From a virus (lineage: Duplodnaviria; Caudoviricetes): a stretch of DNA of 48,141 bases. Shown piece after piece: positions 16,764 through 27,800 of the stretch (position 1 is its first letter; each line of letters opens with the position of its first letter). Made by a program: the position numbers and the translations under genes. The notes below the pieces were generated by a model. The model saw only the letters and a list, made by a program, of their open reading frames with translations. It was not told the origin of the DNA and ran no database searches. The stretch lies in IMG/VR virus record IMGVR_UViG_3300022777_000062, positions 1 through 48,141 of that record. One strand, 5' to 3'.

Positions 16764-17230
16764 TGGGAATCCGCAACAAGAAAAAATTCATTCAGCAGCA
16801 AATCAAAACCACTCCCATGACAGGGTACAATAGTTTCAGCAAATACTATTACCCTTTTTTTAGCGACATCATTAACACCTTGGCGCCACTCCTCGATGAG
16901 GCTGGTATTGATTACAGCTTCAGCGTGGACTCGGCACAAGCGGACCGGACCGAAGATGGTAAGCGAAGTAAGGCTGAGGTCGTCGTTTCGCTACACTTAT
17001 ATGATGTCGAAACGGATGAAAGCCTCACTTATAACTGCCCGGGCTATGCTGAAGACACCAATGACAAGTGCCTGTTCCAAGCAATAACGGGCGCCAAGAA
17101 GTACGTGCTGCTCAACGCATTCGGCCTCACTTTTGGTGATGACCCTGAATCAACACCATCGCCAGAAGAATCACAGCAGAAGAAAACAAGTCCCAGTAGC
17201 AACAAGTCGAAACGTAGCAAAGTTATTTAA
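16763..17230 (+). CDS. ERF-family ssDNA annealing protein
   Basis: GYNSFSKYYY...DK..QAITGAKKYVLLNAFGL...DDPE. Confidence 0.85.
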   Translation: MGIRNKKKFIQQQIKTTPMTGYNSFSKYYYPFFSDIINTLAPLLDEAGIDYSFSVDSAQADRTEDGKRSKAEVVVSLHLYDVETDESLTYNCPGYAEDTNDKCLFQAITGAKKYVLLNAFGLTFGDDPESTPSPEESQQKKTSPSSNKSKRSKVI

Positions 17231-17232
17231 TT

Positions 17233-17898
17233 ATGGCTCAAATTAATCCCACTTACCTCGAAGGCCAAGGCGATGCTGGTGTTACTGCTGGATTGCACCA
17301 AGCATTCGTAACAAAGGACGACCCGGTTTGCGATTTCTACAATGACCTGGAATTTTGGAACTGGAACCTCAACCTAATTTATAATCAGATGGAGGCAATC
17401 CGGAGCCAGTATGAAATCGACGCTTACCGGTTTAACTTTTTCCTTTATTTACTCCGTTACTTGCGCGACCACAGCTACGTGTTGGGTTCCTTCATTTACT
17501 TTATGAACGACCCAGAAAAAGCACAGAAGTGGCGCTTTGACCATTACTGCCTCACTCGGTTGGACCAAGAGTTGGCCGAGTTGAAAACTGAAACGCACAA
17601 TTTCATCGTCGTTAATCCGGACCCTGGTTTAGACTGCCTCCGCATTCAGACTCGGAAGCTAGAGCAGAGCTTTTGGGGGGCACTCAACACGCTAATTGAG
17701 GATGGTAATTCTGGCTCTGAAAACTTGGAAGCTTTGTTGCAGGCTGGCGGCTGGACCAATGCCCAAATCCTCAACAGGCTCAGCGACTACTTCTACCATT
17801 TTTCAGTCAGCATTATGATGGCTGGTGAAGATGGTGTTATTGATGCCTATGATTGGGACATGATTCCGCAGCCTGATTTTAAACCACCTGAAAAATAG
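17233..17898 (+). CDS. PduO/MMAB-type ATP:cob(I)alamin adenosyltransferase-like protein
   Basis: GDAGVT..L...VTKDD, RIQTRKLEQ, LNRLSDYFY match PduO motifs (GDxGxT, KDD, RxxxRRAER, LNRLSD). Confidence 0.7.
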   Translation: MAQINPTYLEGQGDAGVTAGLHQAFVTKDDPVCDFYNDLEFWNWNLNLIYNQMEAIRSQYEIDAYRFNFFLYLLRYLRDHSYVLGSFIYFMNDPEKAQKWRFDHYCLTRLDQELAELKTETHNFIVVNPDPGLDCLRIQTRKLEQSFWGALNTLIEDGNSGSENLEALLQAGGWTNAQILNRLSDYFYHFSVSIMMAGEDGVIDAYDWDMIPQPDFKPPEK

Positions 17899-17900
17899 CC

Positions 17901-18707
17901 ATGGAACACGTAACACTCGCCAACTACACACCCAACGCTAACAAAACCATGTACTTAGCCCTCCGCTGTGACCATAACAGTGGCGGCTACCTTTCACAAA
18001 ACATGGAAGTGCTCGGCCCCAGTGGGTCACCAATGGACGAAACGAGTGCCGGACAAGCGGTGCGGCGTTTGTGCTTAGACCGTCCCAACAAAAAACACTT
18101 CGGCCCACTCGAGCACGTTCACTTGGTTTACTTCGCATTTGGCTACCCTCGTTACGCTATTACTCAGCTGCGTACGCACCGACATCTTTCCATGGATGCG
18201 CAATCTTTCCGCTTTGCTGATGATGCCATCCTCGATGCAGCCGAAACCATCAACAACCGCATTGCTGATGTTGGCCTCGCAGCATCACGAGCATTAGAAG
18301 GGTACGACCAATACCAACGCCGACTCTACAAAGTAACGGGGGACGAAGTAAGTCGAGTGTTCTACTTACCAACGCCCGAACTTTTCAAAGGTCACGCTCC
18401 ACCAGCAGACACCGTGTCGGCAAACACATCCTACGTGGACCAGCTCCTCCGCTACCGTGACCTCCGTCAATACGCACGTACTGAGGATGCTCGTTCTGTG
18501 CTCGGTGTTGGTATTAGGCAGAACGCTCTGATTTCCATGAACCTGCGAGCCCTCTTGCACATAGCTTCCGTTCGGCTAGGTAAAAATACTCAAGGGCCAA
18601 CGCGCGAAATGGTTAGCCGAATGGTCGAGGCTGCTCGTCCTGTTTCGCCTGAAATCATAGATTGGTTTCAAGAGCAAAAGCCTGAAAAACTTAGCTACAC
18701 CGCGTAG
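17901..18707 (+). CDS. thyX: Flavin-dependent thymidylate synthase
   Basis: HFGPLEH, QLRTHR-x7-S (cyanobacterial-type THR variant), EDAR, NLRALLH. Confidence 0.9.
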   Translation: MEHVTLANYTPNANKTMYLALRCDHNSGGYLSQNMEVLGPSGSPMDETSAGQAVRRLCLDRPNKKHFGPLEHVHLVYFAFGYPRYAITQLRTHRHLSMDAQSFRFADDAILDAAETINNRIADVGLAASRALEGYDQYQRRLYKVTGDEVSRVFYLPTPELFKGHAPPADTVSANTSYVDQLLRYRDLRQYARTEDARSVLGVGIRQNALISMNLRALLHIASVRLGKNTQGPTREMVSRMVEAARPVSPEIIDWFQEQKPEKLSYTA

Positions 18708-18784
18708 CAACTTAGTTACCAATCCTGCTATAGCCCGGATTAATTTCCGGGTTACAATTCGTGTAGTCAATGTAGGAGTAACCA

Positions 18785-21700
18785 ATGAGCCAAACCCCTA
18801 ATACCTTCAAACCTGTATACGCTAGAACCTACGCTCGTTACGTTGAAGAAGACGGCCGTCGCGAAACGTGGTTCGAGGTTGTAAAGCGTGCTGTTGATGG
18901 TATTGACCACTTGATTCCCGGTGACATGGACCCGGTACAGCGTGCCAAAATGTTCAATTACATCATGCAGTTGAAGGCTTTTCCAGCTGGTCGGTGGCTC
19001 TGGGTTGGTGGTACTGATTGGGTGATGCAAGAAAAGAATCACTTGGGGGCTTTTAATTGCATCAACATCAACATTACCGAGCTCCAAGATTTTGCCACGT
19101 TGTTTGATTTGTGTTGCCAAGGGTGCGGGACTGGTGCTGTTCTGGAGTGGAGCAACCTGAGTCAGTTGCCCCCGATGAAGAATAAACTAAATGTAGAGGT
19201 GATTCCCCATGCCAGGCAGAATATTGGCGCTTTCAACCACATCCACGCACCCGAGCAAACAAGAATCGAATACACATCAGGAGGCAAATCTATACACATC
19301 AGAATCGGTGACTCCCGCGAAGGGTGGGCACATGGAATCCTCACCTTACTGGAGTTGGCTGCTTACGGAGGAGCAAGCGAATACGATGTTACGATTGACC
19401 TCAATTACGTGCGACCGAGCGGCTCACTTATTAGAGGCTTTGGCGGCATTACTAATCCAGAGCGTTTACCTGCTATGTACTCACGTATTGCCGAAATTAT
19501 TAGCGGTGCTGCTGAGGAAGGCCGCAGACTTACTCCAGAAGAGTGCTGCCTGGTTATTGATGAGGGAGCCGAAGCTGTGGTCGCAGGTAACGTACGTCGG
19601 TCAGCGGGTATGCGTCAGTTTGATGCGTCCCATCCAAACATTAAGCTCAACTTATACCACGTGGATGAGGATGGTAACTACTCCGTGGACCCGAAACGGC
19701 AGCCACTGAGGATGGCCAATCACACCAAAGTTTACCACCAGTTGCCCAGTAAGCAGGAGGTTGAGGACAGTGTACGATTACAATTTCGAACTGGCGAAGG
19801 TGCTTTCGAGTATGCCCCTGCTGCTATTGCTCGTGCTAATCGCGACCTCTTGCCCACCTCAATAGACCGCTACGAATTCATCGCTCGTTACGAAAAATCG
19901 CAGCAAGAGGCGGCTCAAATGTTAATCGACCGTTCGGATGAAATCAGTAGTGAAGAACTTGACCATCGTATAAAACGCTACGCACACAATCCATGTACCC
20001 TGGGCTCCTCACGACTCCTGACTCCTGAGGGCTACCGTAAAATAGAAGACCTGGTGGGCTCGACTGTAATCATCAATAAGGATGGTGTTGCTGTTAACTC
20101 CCGAGTGTGGTGCAGTGGAACTAAGGATGTTTATAAACTCACCCTCACGAACCACCAAAAGCTCTACTTCACTGCCGACCACGTTTTCATGACAGTGAAT
20201 GGGAAAGAGTTGCAAGCTAAAGACTTAAAAGGCGAGCAATTACAGCCTTTCCTCGAGTTGCCGGTCCATTCTACAGACGACATTAAAGCTGGCTTTGTAC
20301 AAGGCGATGATGAGTTAGCTGATTTGCCTAGTAATTTCGATGAAAAAAGCAAAGCCGAAAAAGCAGGGTTCCTCTGCGGACTGTATTCTGCTAATGGCAG
20401 TGTAATCAGCAGAACACGTGTCGCCCTCAAGAGCACTTGCAAGCAACTCATAGAGCAGGTGCAAAAAACGCTACTAGAGGACTTCGGAATAAACTCCTAC
20501 TATACGGTGAACAAGGAGCGAGTCCAGGAATTCAGCAATGGGCAGTACACGATGCGGGAAAGCTATGACTTAAACATTGCTGAGTTCGCGAGCCTGCAAG
20601 AGTTCCACAACAGCATCGGCTTCTACCAGACGTACAAGCAAGAAGCCCTCATGCAAACCATCAAGCGGAAAGCCCCTAGAGTTCGCTCTATTAAGTACTA
20701 CAGTACAGAGCTAGTTTATGACTTCAGTGAGCCGCTAACTAACTGGGGCGTTGCTGAGGGCTTCGTAGTTCACAATTGTGCTGAAATAATTGGACATAAT
20801 TTTGCATGTAATCTTTCGGAGGTGCAGCTTGCGCAGATTGACCCCCATAATCACACAGAGCAATACGAGGCTTTTGAGGTTTCTACCTTGGCTGCCTGTG
20901 CTAACTTACATTTTCATTTCAACGTTCCCAAGCTTGAAAGAAGCAGACAAATGGACCCAATCATTGGTGTTGGTTTTACTGGTCTATTTGATTTCTTTGT
21001 TCGTGCCTTTGGAAAAGACTGGCTCGAATGGGTCCTCGAAGGCAGACCACACGGAGGACGGCGCGAGTACTACCTACCGCTAGAACAAGACTACTTGGAA
21101 GAGTGGAACCATGTAGTCAATCGCGTGGTGGACAATTACTGTGAAGCTCACGGAGTAAAACGCCCCAATCGCGTAACAACAGTGAAGCCCTCAGGTACCC
21201 TTTCCCAGCTGAGTGGCTCGTCCCCAGGTTGGCATCCCAGCAAGGCAGCTCACTTCATCCGCCGCGTTACGTTTGCTGCTGGGGACCCCGTAGCAAATGC
21301 CTGTCGTCGTTACGGCTACCGAGTAGTTCCGAGTCAAAAGTGCACCGATGAAAATGGGCAGCTATTAAATGACCCGGATGACCCCAGAGTAGACGAGTGG
21401 CTCGTGGAAATTCCCGTTAAAGCTCCCTGGACACAGTATGTTGATGGTGATGCTGATGAACTCGACACCCAGGAGGTACCTGCCGTAGCTCAGTTTGACT
21501 TGGCTATGCAGGTTCAAACTTACTACTGCGAGCATAATACCAGCAGCACCATTGAATATGATGAGGAGGAAATCGAGCCCCTAGCTGAGCAAATCTATTC
21601 CGCAGCTCGCAATGGTGAGTATGTGTCCGTGGCTTTGATGCAACGCGCTCGAGCCAATCAGCTCAAGCACACCTTTCCACGACTGCCTTACGAGCCAATT

Positions 21701-21862
21701 ACCAAGGAGCAGTACGAAGAGCTGCAGCAAGAAATAAATGAAGATTTGGATTTCGAAGTCTTGCTGCAGGAAGAAATGAAGAAGTTAAGTAAAGAGGAGG
21801 CCAATCAGGATGTCGGCGAATCAGGATGCAGCAAAGAAGGCTGTTCGATTCTACCAGAGTGA
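18785..21862 (+). CDS. nrdJ: Class II (adenosylcobalamin-dependent) ribonucleotide reductase containing an intein
   Basis: RTYAR, FPAGR, AFNC, VVAGNVRRSA, NP-CAEI (split by intein), CNLSE, TTVKPSGT, C-terminal CxxxxC. Confidence 0.95.
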   Translation: MSQTPNTFKPVYARTYARYVEEDGRRETWFEVVKRAVDGIDHLIPGDMDPVQRAKMFNYIMQLKAFPAGRWLWVGGTDWVMQEKNHLGAFNCININITELQDFATLFDLCCQGCGTGAVLEWSNLSQLPPMKNKLNVEVIPHARQNIGAFNHIHAPEQTRIEYTSGGKSIHIRIGDSREGWAHGILTLLELAAYGGASEYDVTIDLNYVRPSGSLIRGFGGITNPERLPAMYSRIAEIISGAAEEGRRLTPEECCLVIDEGAEAVVAGNVRRSAGMRQFDASHPNIKLNLYHVDEDGNYSVDPKRQPLRMANHTKVYHQLPSKQEVEDSVRLQFRTGEGAFEYAPAAIARANRDLLPTSIDRYEFIARYEKSQQEAAQMLIDRSDEISSEELDHRIKRYAHNPCTLGSSRLLTPEGYRKIEDLVGSTVIINKDGVAVNSRVWCSGTKDVYKLTLTNHQKLYFTADHVFMTVNGKELQAKDLKGEQLQPFLELPVHSTDDIKAGFVQGDDELADLPSNFDEKSKAEKAGFLCGLYSANGSVISRTRVALKSTCKQLIEQVQKTLLEDFGINSYYTVNKERVQEFSNGQYTMRESYDLNIAEFASLQEFHNSIGFYQTYKQEALMQTIKRKAPRVRSIKYYSTELVYDFSEPLTNWGVAEGFVVHNCAEIIGHNFACNLSEVQLAQIDPHNHTEQYEAFEVSTLAACANLHFHFNVPKLERSRQMDPIIGVGFTGLFDFFVRAFGKDWLEWVLEGRPHGGRREYYLPLEQDYLEEWNHVVNRVVDNYCEAHGVKRPNRVTTVKPSGTLSQLSGSSPGWHPSKAAHFIRRVTFAAGDPVANACRRYGYRVVPSQKCTDENGQLLNDPDDPRVDEWLVEIPVKAPWTQYVDGDADELDTQEVPAVAQFDLAMQVQTYYCEHNTSSTIEYDEEEIEPLAEQIYSAARNGEYVSVALMQRARANQLKHTFPRLPYEPITKEQYEELQQEINEDLDFEVLLQEEMKKLSKEEANQDVGESGCSKEGCSILPE
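19994..20776 (+). mobile_element. Intein (261 aa) at the NrdJ active-site NP|CxE with a partial LAGLIDADG domain
   Basis: Begins CTLGSS; block B TADH; GFLCGLYSANG; ends VVHN followed by C+1. Confidence 0.93.
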
Positions 21863-22262
21863 GCCGGGCGCTAAATTACCACGCCCGCCTCAGCATGAAG
21901 GGGATGCTTGCTGGGATTTGTACAATCAGGAGCAAGTTACTTTGGCACCTTTCAAAGTCACCCCGGTTCACACAGGTACCCAAGTCCGTATGCCAGAGGC
22001 TCCCGAGGGCTACGTTTACGCGCTCAATATTCACCCTCGCTCTGGACTCAGCATCAAATATTCCTGTTGGCCTTTGGATGGTGTGATTGATTATGGCTAC
22101 ACCGGGGAAATCATCGTGGCTATGTACAACGGTTCCAACGAATGGAAACGAATCCCGGCTTACTCGCGTTGTGCTCAGGCTCAAATTGTGCTATGCTTGA
22201 AACCGAGTCCAACAAAGAGCGACTTACGTGAAGACCGAGGATTCGGAAGTACTGGTATATGA
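21810..22262 (+). CDS. dut: Trimeric dUTPase
   Basis: GDACWDL, PRSGLS, GVIDYGYTGEI, AQ, RGFGSTG. Confidence 0.95.
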   Translation: MSANQDAAKKAVRFYQSEPGAKLPRPPQHEGDACWDLYNQEQVTLAPFKVTPVHTGTQVRMPEAPEGYVYALNIHPRSGLSIKYSCWPLDGVIDYGYTGEIIVAMYNGSNEWKRIPAYSRCAQAQIVLCLKPSPTKSDLREDRGFGSTGI

Positions 22263-23065
22263 GTATTAACCTACCCGGAGGCTACTTACCACCGTCACCA
22301 CCTGACTGCTCTGATGGTGGTAGTATTGTCCGCGCCTCCTCAATTGGGAAACCAGCCCTTTCTTTAGCCGCCCGACTATTCGGTTTAGTGTCGGAAAAGC
22401 AGCAATATGATGAAAGAACCCAGCTAATCTTTTACTTAGGGGACTGTTTTGAACAGTGGCTCCATAACTTTCTGCTCCGCTCAGGTTACACCATTCACGC
22501 CACCCAACAAACCCATTCCCTCTATGGTGTTGTTGGTCATTCCGATTTCATTGTTTCGGACCCTCGTGGCTATAAGTTTGTGGTCGATGCAAAGGCACTC
22601 AACGACCGCACATGGAAAAGCTATAAACGTTACGGCCTAAAGGACGACAGAGGCTATGTAAGCCAACTCACGGTCTACTGTAATGATGTTAATTTACCCG
22701 GCTGTGTAATTGCGCTCAATAAGAACACAGCGGAAATCGAAACCTTCTGGGTGACAACGCAGCAACGCATCGAAGCGGCCGAGCGAATCAGGTACATCGC
22801 CGAGGCCTTTCAATCAGTTACTAGTTTCGAGGAGTGCTTTAAATATTTCCAAGCCCCGCCGCCGAAACCAGAGGTTCATCAGAAAGAGTACACCGGCCGC
22901 TTCCTAGTGCCCTTTCAAATGATGTTTGACGAAGCCCGGTTTTTGCTCTATAACATAGTCAAAGAACGTAATCCACGAAAGGAGCTCAAAGAATATGTCC
23001 AGAGTTACCGTGTTCCAGAAGGCTACGAGCAGTACCGCCCCAGCCTCTACGAAGATTTTGGCTGA
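22259..23065 (+). CDS. PD-(D/E)xK Cas4/RecB-like exonuclease
   Basis: RASSIG, GHSDF, VDAK, QLTVY. Confidence 0.8.
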   Translation: MSINLPGGYLPPSPPDCSDGGSIVRASSIGKPALSLAARLFGLVSEKQQYDERTQLIFYLGDCFEQWLHNFLLRSGYTIHATQQTHSLYGVVGHSDFIVSDPRGYKFVVDAKALNDRTWKSYKRYGLKDDRGYVSQLTVYCNDVNLPGCVIALNKNTAEIETFWVTTQQRIEAAERIRYIAEAFQSVTSFEECFKYFQAPPPKPEVHQKEYTGRFLVPFQMMFDEARFLLYNIVKERNPRKELKEYVQSYRVPEGYEQYRPSLYEDFG

Positions 23066-23120
23066 TTCCAAGAACTTAACAGTTGGGGAAGAGGAAGGCT
23101 ATATTCACGGAGGACTAAAG

Positions 23121-23480
23121 ATGAATGGCGACGATGAGTTCCAGAGCCAAGTGCGTTACCTAAATAACAAGTGGCCGAAAGAGTCAGCCAAGTTTGAAGA
23201 TGGTTCTGAGGTTCAGCCAGATGAGGCAATCAGGGCGCGATTGGAAAACATCAGCAGTAGAGCCGCGGAATTGATGCTGATTAATAACCTGACTCTAGAC
23301 GCTTTCACCCAGATTAATCCTGACTTCGCTAATGGTGCTTTGGGAATCTTGGAAGATTTCTACGCACTCGACAACGAGGAAGTGAAGGAAGAAGCCAAGG
23401 CCCAATTCTTCGAGCTAGTCACGGAATTCGTTCAGGAGTTTATTCAAAGTGGCTACATTAACCCGCCTGATTTAGGCTGA
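23121..23480 (+). CDS. Hypothetical acidic protein
   Basis: GGAGGA RBS before ATG 23121. Confidence 0.6.
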   Translation: MNGDDEFQSQVRYLNNKWPKESAKFEDGSEVQPDEAIRARLENISSRAAELMLINNLTLDAFTQINPDFANGALGILEDFYALDNEEVKEEAKAQFFELVTEFVQEFIQSGYINPPDLG

Positions 23481-23500
23481 CCTTTCCCAAAACACACGTA

Positions 23501-23533
23501 GCCCCCGGGATGATGGTCCCGGGGTTTCGTTTA
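23501..23533. terminator. Terminator between the convergent replication and structural operons
   Basis: CCCCGGGA-tgatgg-TCCCGGGG followed by TTTCGTTT. Confidence 0.75.
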
Positions 23534-23534
23534 T

Positions 23535-24860
23535 TTACCTTTCGCCCAGCATAATAAATTCCATCGAAGTGTTGTCGCGGCCAGCCTTGATGTCTGCACT
23601 TCCACTCGTACTGGACACTTCACCTTGGATTCTGATGACATCGTTCTTTTCAACTTCCAAGACTTTACTGATTGCGGTCGAGGCGCGTGTGAGGTTTTCT
23701 TCAGTGTCTTCTATACCACCGTACGAGGCAACGTCACTAAAGCCACCACCGCTGTCACGCTGGAGCTTCACTTCGAAACGACGGCCGTCCGCACTAGTGA
23801 AGTTAGCAGAAACGTTGCCAGTCACCATCAGCATTCCTTTGAAAGGTGCGACATAGTGATTAGCATTTAAATCATATTGGTTTCCATCATCAACAAGTTC
23901 AGTGTCGAACGTAATAGTGTCCGTACTGCCGCTGCTGATGGTTTGGTCTGAATCTTTCTTAACTGCAGCGAATGCCTTATTTGTATTAAGATTTTCACGT
24001 GATGTCTGTGAATTGTCTACGTCACTCAGATTTTCCGACGCATCCAAAGCACCTAGGTTGTCGATGGCCGAACCAGCATCGTTGATGTCACTTAAGTTTT
24101 CCGTAGCATCCAAGGCCCCGATGTTGTCGATGGCAGTGCTCCCACTGTTGATGTCGCTGAGGTCGTTACTTACCTCTAGGAAATTGTCACCGACCCACTG
24201 CGTCGGGGCGATTTTCTTGGAGCGGTCAGCGTTAGAAGGGATGGAAGCTACTGTGGGGTCGCCACCAAGTACAGGCGAAGAATCGAACTCACTTTGGACA
24301 AACTCAGTAGTAGCAATACGAGTGCTGTTGTCACCTGTACTCGGTGTGGGAGCGGTGGGTGTCCCGGTGAAATCTTCATCATCTATGTCGGCTTTGTCAA
24401 TGATGATGTCGTAAAGCGCATTCTTACTAGCACCATCGGAGGTGTTGCCATCCCACGAAGACGCGAAAGCTGCATCGCTAATTGTTGGTGCTGTGAAAGA
24501 CGTTGAACCGGGCGTACCGTTAAGTTCGTACTCGAAGGCACGGCGGGATGCTCTGTTCAGCTCATCTTCCCATAAGGCCGAGCTAAATCTGGAACCAAAG
24601 CTGATTTCTTGCACGCGGTCCGGAGGCGTAACTCGGCGCACCTCCCACGAATCACCACTGCTAACGTTTATATTGACTTTTAAAGTGTTCTGGTCTACTT
24701 TTTCAATGTCGCTGTTGCTTTGCTGCGTGCCATTGAGGAAGAAACGAAAGTCTTTAATAGTGGTGTCCTGCAGTAAGTTTGCGTTCGTTACGTCAATATT
24801 TTGACCAGAACCACCACTACTAAAGGAACCCGTGACGTTACTGGTACTATTGTCGACCAT
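23535..24860 (-). CDS. Tail fibre: T7 gp17-like N-terminus, fibre repeats, C1q-like head
   Basis: VRRVTP..F.SRF; FTGTPTAPTP...IATTEFV; three NLSD-type repeats; AFAA...ITFDTELVDDGNQYD...YVAP. Confidence 0.85.
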   Translation of the reverse strand: MVDNSTSNVTGSFSSGGSGQNIDVTNANLLQDTTIKDFRFFLNGTQQSNSDIEKVDQNTLKVNINVSSGDSWEVRRVTPPDRVQEISFGSRFSSALWEDELNRASRRAFEYELNGTPGSTSFTAPTISDAAFASSWDGNTSDGASKNALYDIIIDKADIDDEDFTGTPTAPTPSTGDNSTRIATTEFVQSEFDSSPVLGGDPTVASIPSNADRSKKIAPTQWVGDNFLEVSNDLSDINSGSTAIDNIGALDATENLSDINDAGSAIDNLGALDASENLSDVDNSQTSRENLNTNKAFAAVKKDSDQTISSGSTDTITFDTELVDDGNQYDLNANHYVAPFKGMLMVTGNVSANFTSADGRRFEVKLQRDSGGGFSDVASYGGIEDTEENLTRASTAISKVLEVEKNDVIRIQGEVSSTSGSADIKAGRDNTSMEFIMLGER

Positions 24861-27800
24861 TTATAGCCTCCTTAGCCTCTTCGTCTGAGCGCTCCAAGAT
24901 GTTTTTGATTGTTTCTTTGTAAGCTTTCTTCCGCTCGTTTCGGTTAAGTTTCGGCGGCTTGATTTGTTCTTTTCGCATCTGTTTGTATGCGTTTTTAGGC
25001 TGCAAGTTATTCTGGTCTGCCCACTTTTCAACACGCCGCACACTAGCCCGCATTTCTGCGAGTGTCTGCATCATCGTTGCCAGCTCATCCTTCTTCCGTT
25101 TTATGTCTTGGGGGTCAGTTTCGGTCCGGAGTTCCTCGCGTTTGTCCCGCAGCTTGGATTCCATGTTACGTATATTGCGCCGGGCATCACTGATGTTGCT
25201 GGAAAGGTTGTACATGGGGTCAATGTAGTCCACCCGTAACCAGGTCTGCGCCCCAATCATTCTGTCCGCCAAGCCATCGTAGTACTGGTTTTTGTCGAAG
25301 TCCGTACGTTCTGCGCCAAAAATGCTGTCTTTAGATTGCACTAGTTCAACGGATTTACCATCATCACCAATAACGTAGCCACCTCTTTGCCCGAATATTT
25401 TACCTGGGTTGCCGTCGTTAATCCGCTGGAGCAGAGGGAACGACTCTTCCAGAACGTAACGGACCGAGCCTGGCATGGGAATTCCGAGGAACGACGTGCG
25501 CTCGTCTTCAATTTTGCGACCCGTACCTATTTCTTGGCCGAAGCCAGCACCAACGAGGCCTTTCCACTGACCGAAGGTTTCATTGAGGAGTCGGCCGAGG
25601 AATGATGCTGTTTCTGTGTCGAGGAATTTGTTTTCTTCCCGCTGTCGTTTCGCAAATGCTGACTCACTTCGATGCTCAACGTCTTCCTTGTCGAGGATTC
25701 CGGCAGATTGCAGGGCTTTGTCAACGCCCCAGCCAACACCATCACCAAAGTTACTAATCATTTCAAAGGCGTCGCCAATTGGGTCAATGCTGCGCGTGGG
25801 TAGGTAGAAAACTAGTGGCCGCGTGTCATCATCTTCATCCGTGTCCAAGTCTACCGTCCAGTAGAGGGGCCGCTGCTCTTCTACAAAACCGGGAGTGATG
25901 TCACGTAACGAGCCGCCAATTTCCTCCTCTACGCGGTCTTCACTTCGTTGGTGCATTACGTTGTAAGCGTGGAGGATGTTGCCATATTGAACGGGGTGCT
26001 TCATTGCTCCTCGCACTTGGGAAACTGGGTTGCGACTCATGTAAGACCAAAAGGGAATCACGAAATTGCTGATGTTTTCATCCGCAACACCGCGGTCGTC
26101 AAACATGAAAAAGTAATTCTGGGCGTGCTCAATGGCTGAATCTAAATCGTCAAACTCCTCGATTTTCTGCGTTTGTATAAATTTAGCGGCTCGGCTTTGG
26201 CTGAGTTTTTCGAGGAAATTATTGCCTTGTTTTCTGTCGAAGGTTAGAGTTTTGAGTGTTTCGAACCGAGCAGCATTTTCCATTTCCGTGCCGAGGGTAG
26301 CCGTGAAGTTGGTGAGGGGGTCGAGTAGTGCTTGCTTGAGGATTCCCGGAGCATCTTTGAGTGTCTTGCCGGTACCACGTAACAACCCCATTTGACCGTA
26401 GTGAGCAGAAATGTGGCGCATGATGTTTTTAACTTCCCTAGCTTTGAAAGCTTGGGGCCCACCTTTTGTTACGTCTTCACCAATGTCTGGCGTCAAGTCG
26501 TTGACAAAGTTAAAGCGCCTCGCCTGACTGTACAACTCAGCCTCCGTTACGAGTTCACCATCAACGCCCTTGTATAACTTCTTTTTGTCATCTAATACTT
26601 CACGTATAAGTGAGGAAAATGGCTTGCGTAACGAGGGGTCCTTAGTCAAATCCTGGGCTGCTCGTGCTGTTACGCTTAACATCTTGGAAACGGAAGACAT
26701 GTAGTTCATCCAGTTGCCGCCTGCAGCCCACATCTGGAATACAGGGCCTATTGCTTGCGTGGTGAGGAACGATGGTGACGCTGTAGCCATAGCCTTAAAT
26801 GCGCTGTTAAATGTCTTGATTATGTTACCGAGGCCAGCCAAGTTAGTGGGCTCAGTAGTCAAGTCAGCCATAGAACGAAACATGTCAGCGGCACGAGGAT
26901 CCACGAAGATTTGTGGCATGTTGTCTATACTTTCCACATTCTTGTCCACGAAACCTTGAATCATTTCACGTGGAATTACAGCACGGGAACCTTCGCCAGT
27001 TTGAGGCAGCAAGGGGACGAAATTCTGAAACTTGCCTCCGGTGTCTTTGGCTAAGTCAGTACGCGTAACGCCCCAAGGAGCGGGGTTCCCATCATCACCA
27101 ACACTATTTCGAATCATCCCCCAAATGAAACCGGACTGCCCTGCTGCTGATTTCAACTGTTTCCTATAATTGCTAAAGGCGGAAGGCCAATCAACGGACA
27201 TCATTTTGCGGAGGCTTTGGTCTTGATGACGCTCCGGTAACTGGAAACGCTCAAAGGCCCAGTCCCTCATTTCCGGTGAAGTCATGGGGATTTTGCTGAG
27301 GATGCCGTGTTCTGACAGTGTTTCGAGTTGCCGGTCACTTAGTCTATTAAACAGAGCATCAGCAATCTTTTTTCCATTACCTTCGTCGATGAGCTCACTA
27401 ATTCCCGAAACACCAAGCTCCTCATAAATGTTGGGATTTTGGGCGCGTAACATGGCGTCGAGCACCACGTCATCCTCAACTATGTAGTTAAATGTGTTAC
27501 GTGCTTTTTGAAAAGCTTTCGTCATGCCGTCTTTATTTCCAGCATCAAACGAGTTGAGGATGCGGTCGGCTTCCCCGAGTTCCTGGTCTTTGGCAATTTT
27601 GAGCCGTTCTTCAAACTGTTGGGTGAGGTTGCGTGGGAAGAAGCCTAGGTTTTCAAGCTCGCCAACTTCAATCCCCTGGTTTCGTGCTAGGTGCAGAACG
27701 TCGTGGTACGTGTCGGCCATCTTGCGCCCCATCGTCATGATTTCATTTTGAGTAGCTTCGTCGAGTCCCAAACGTGCCATGCGGTCGAGGGCTTGTTGGT

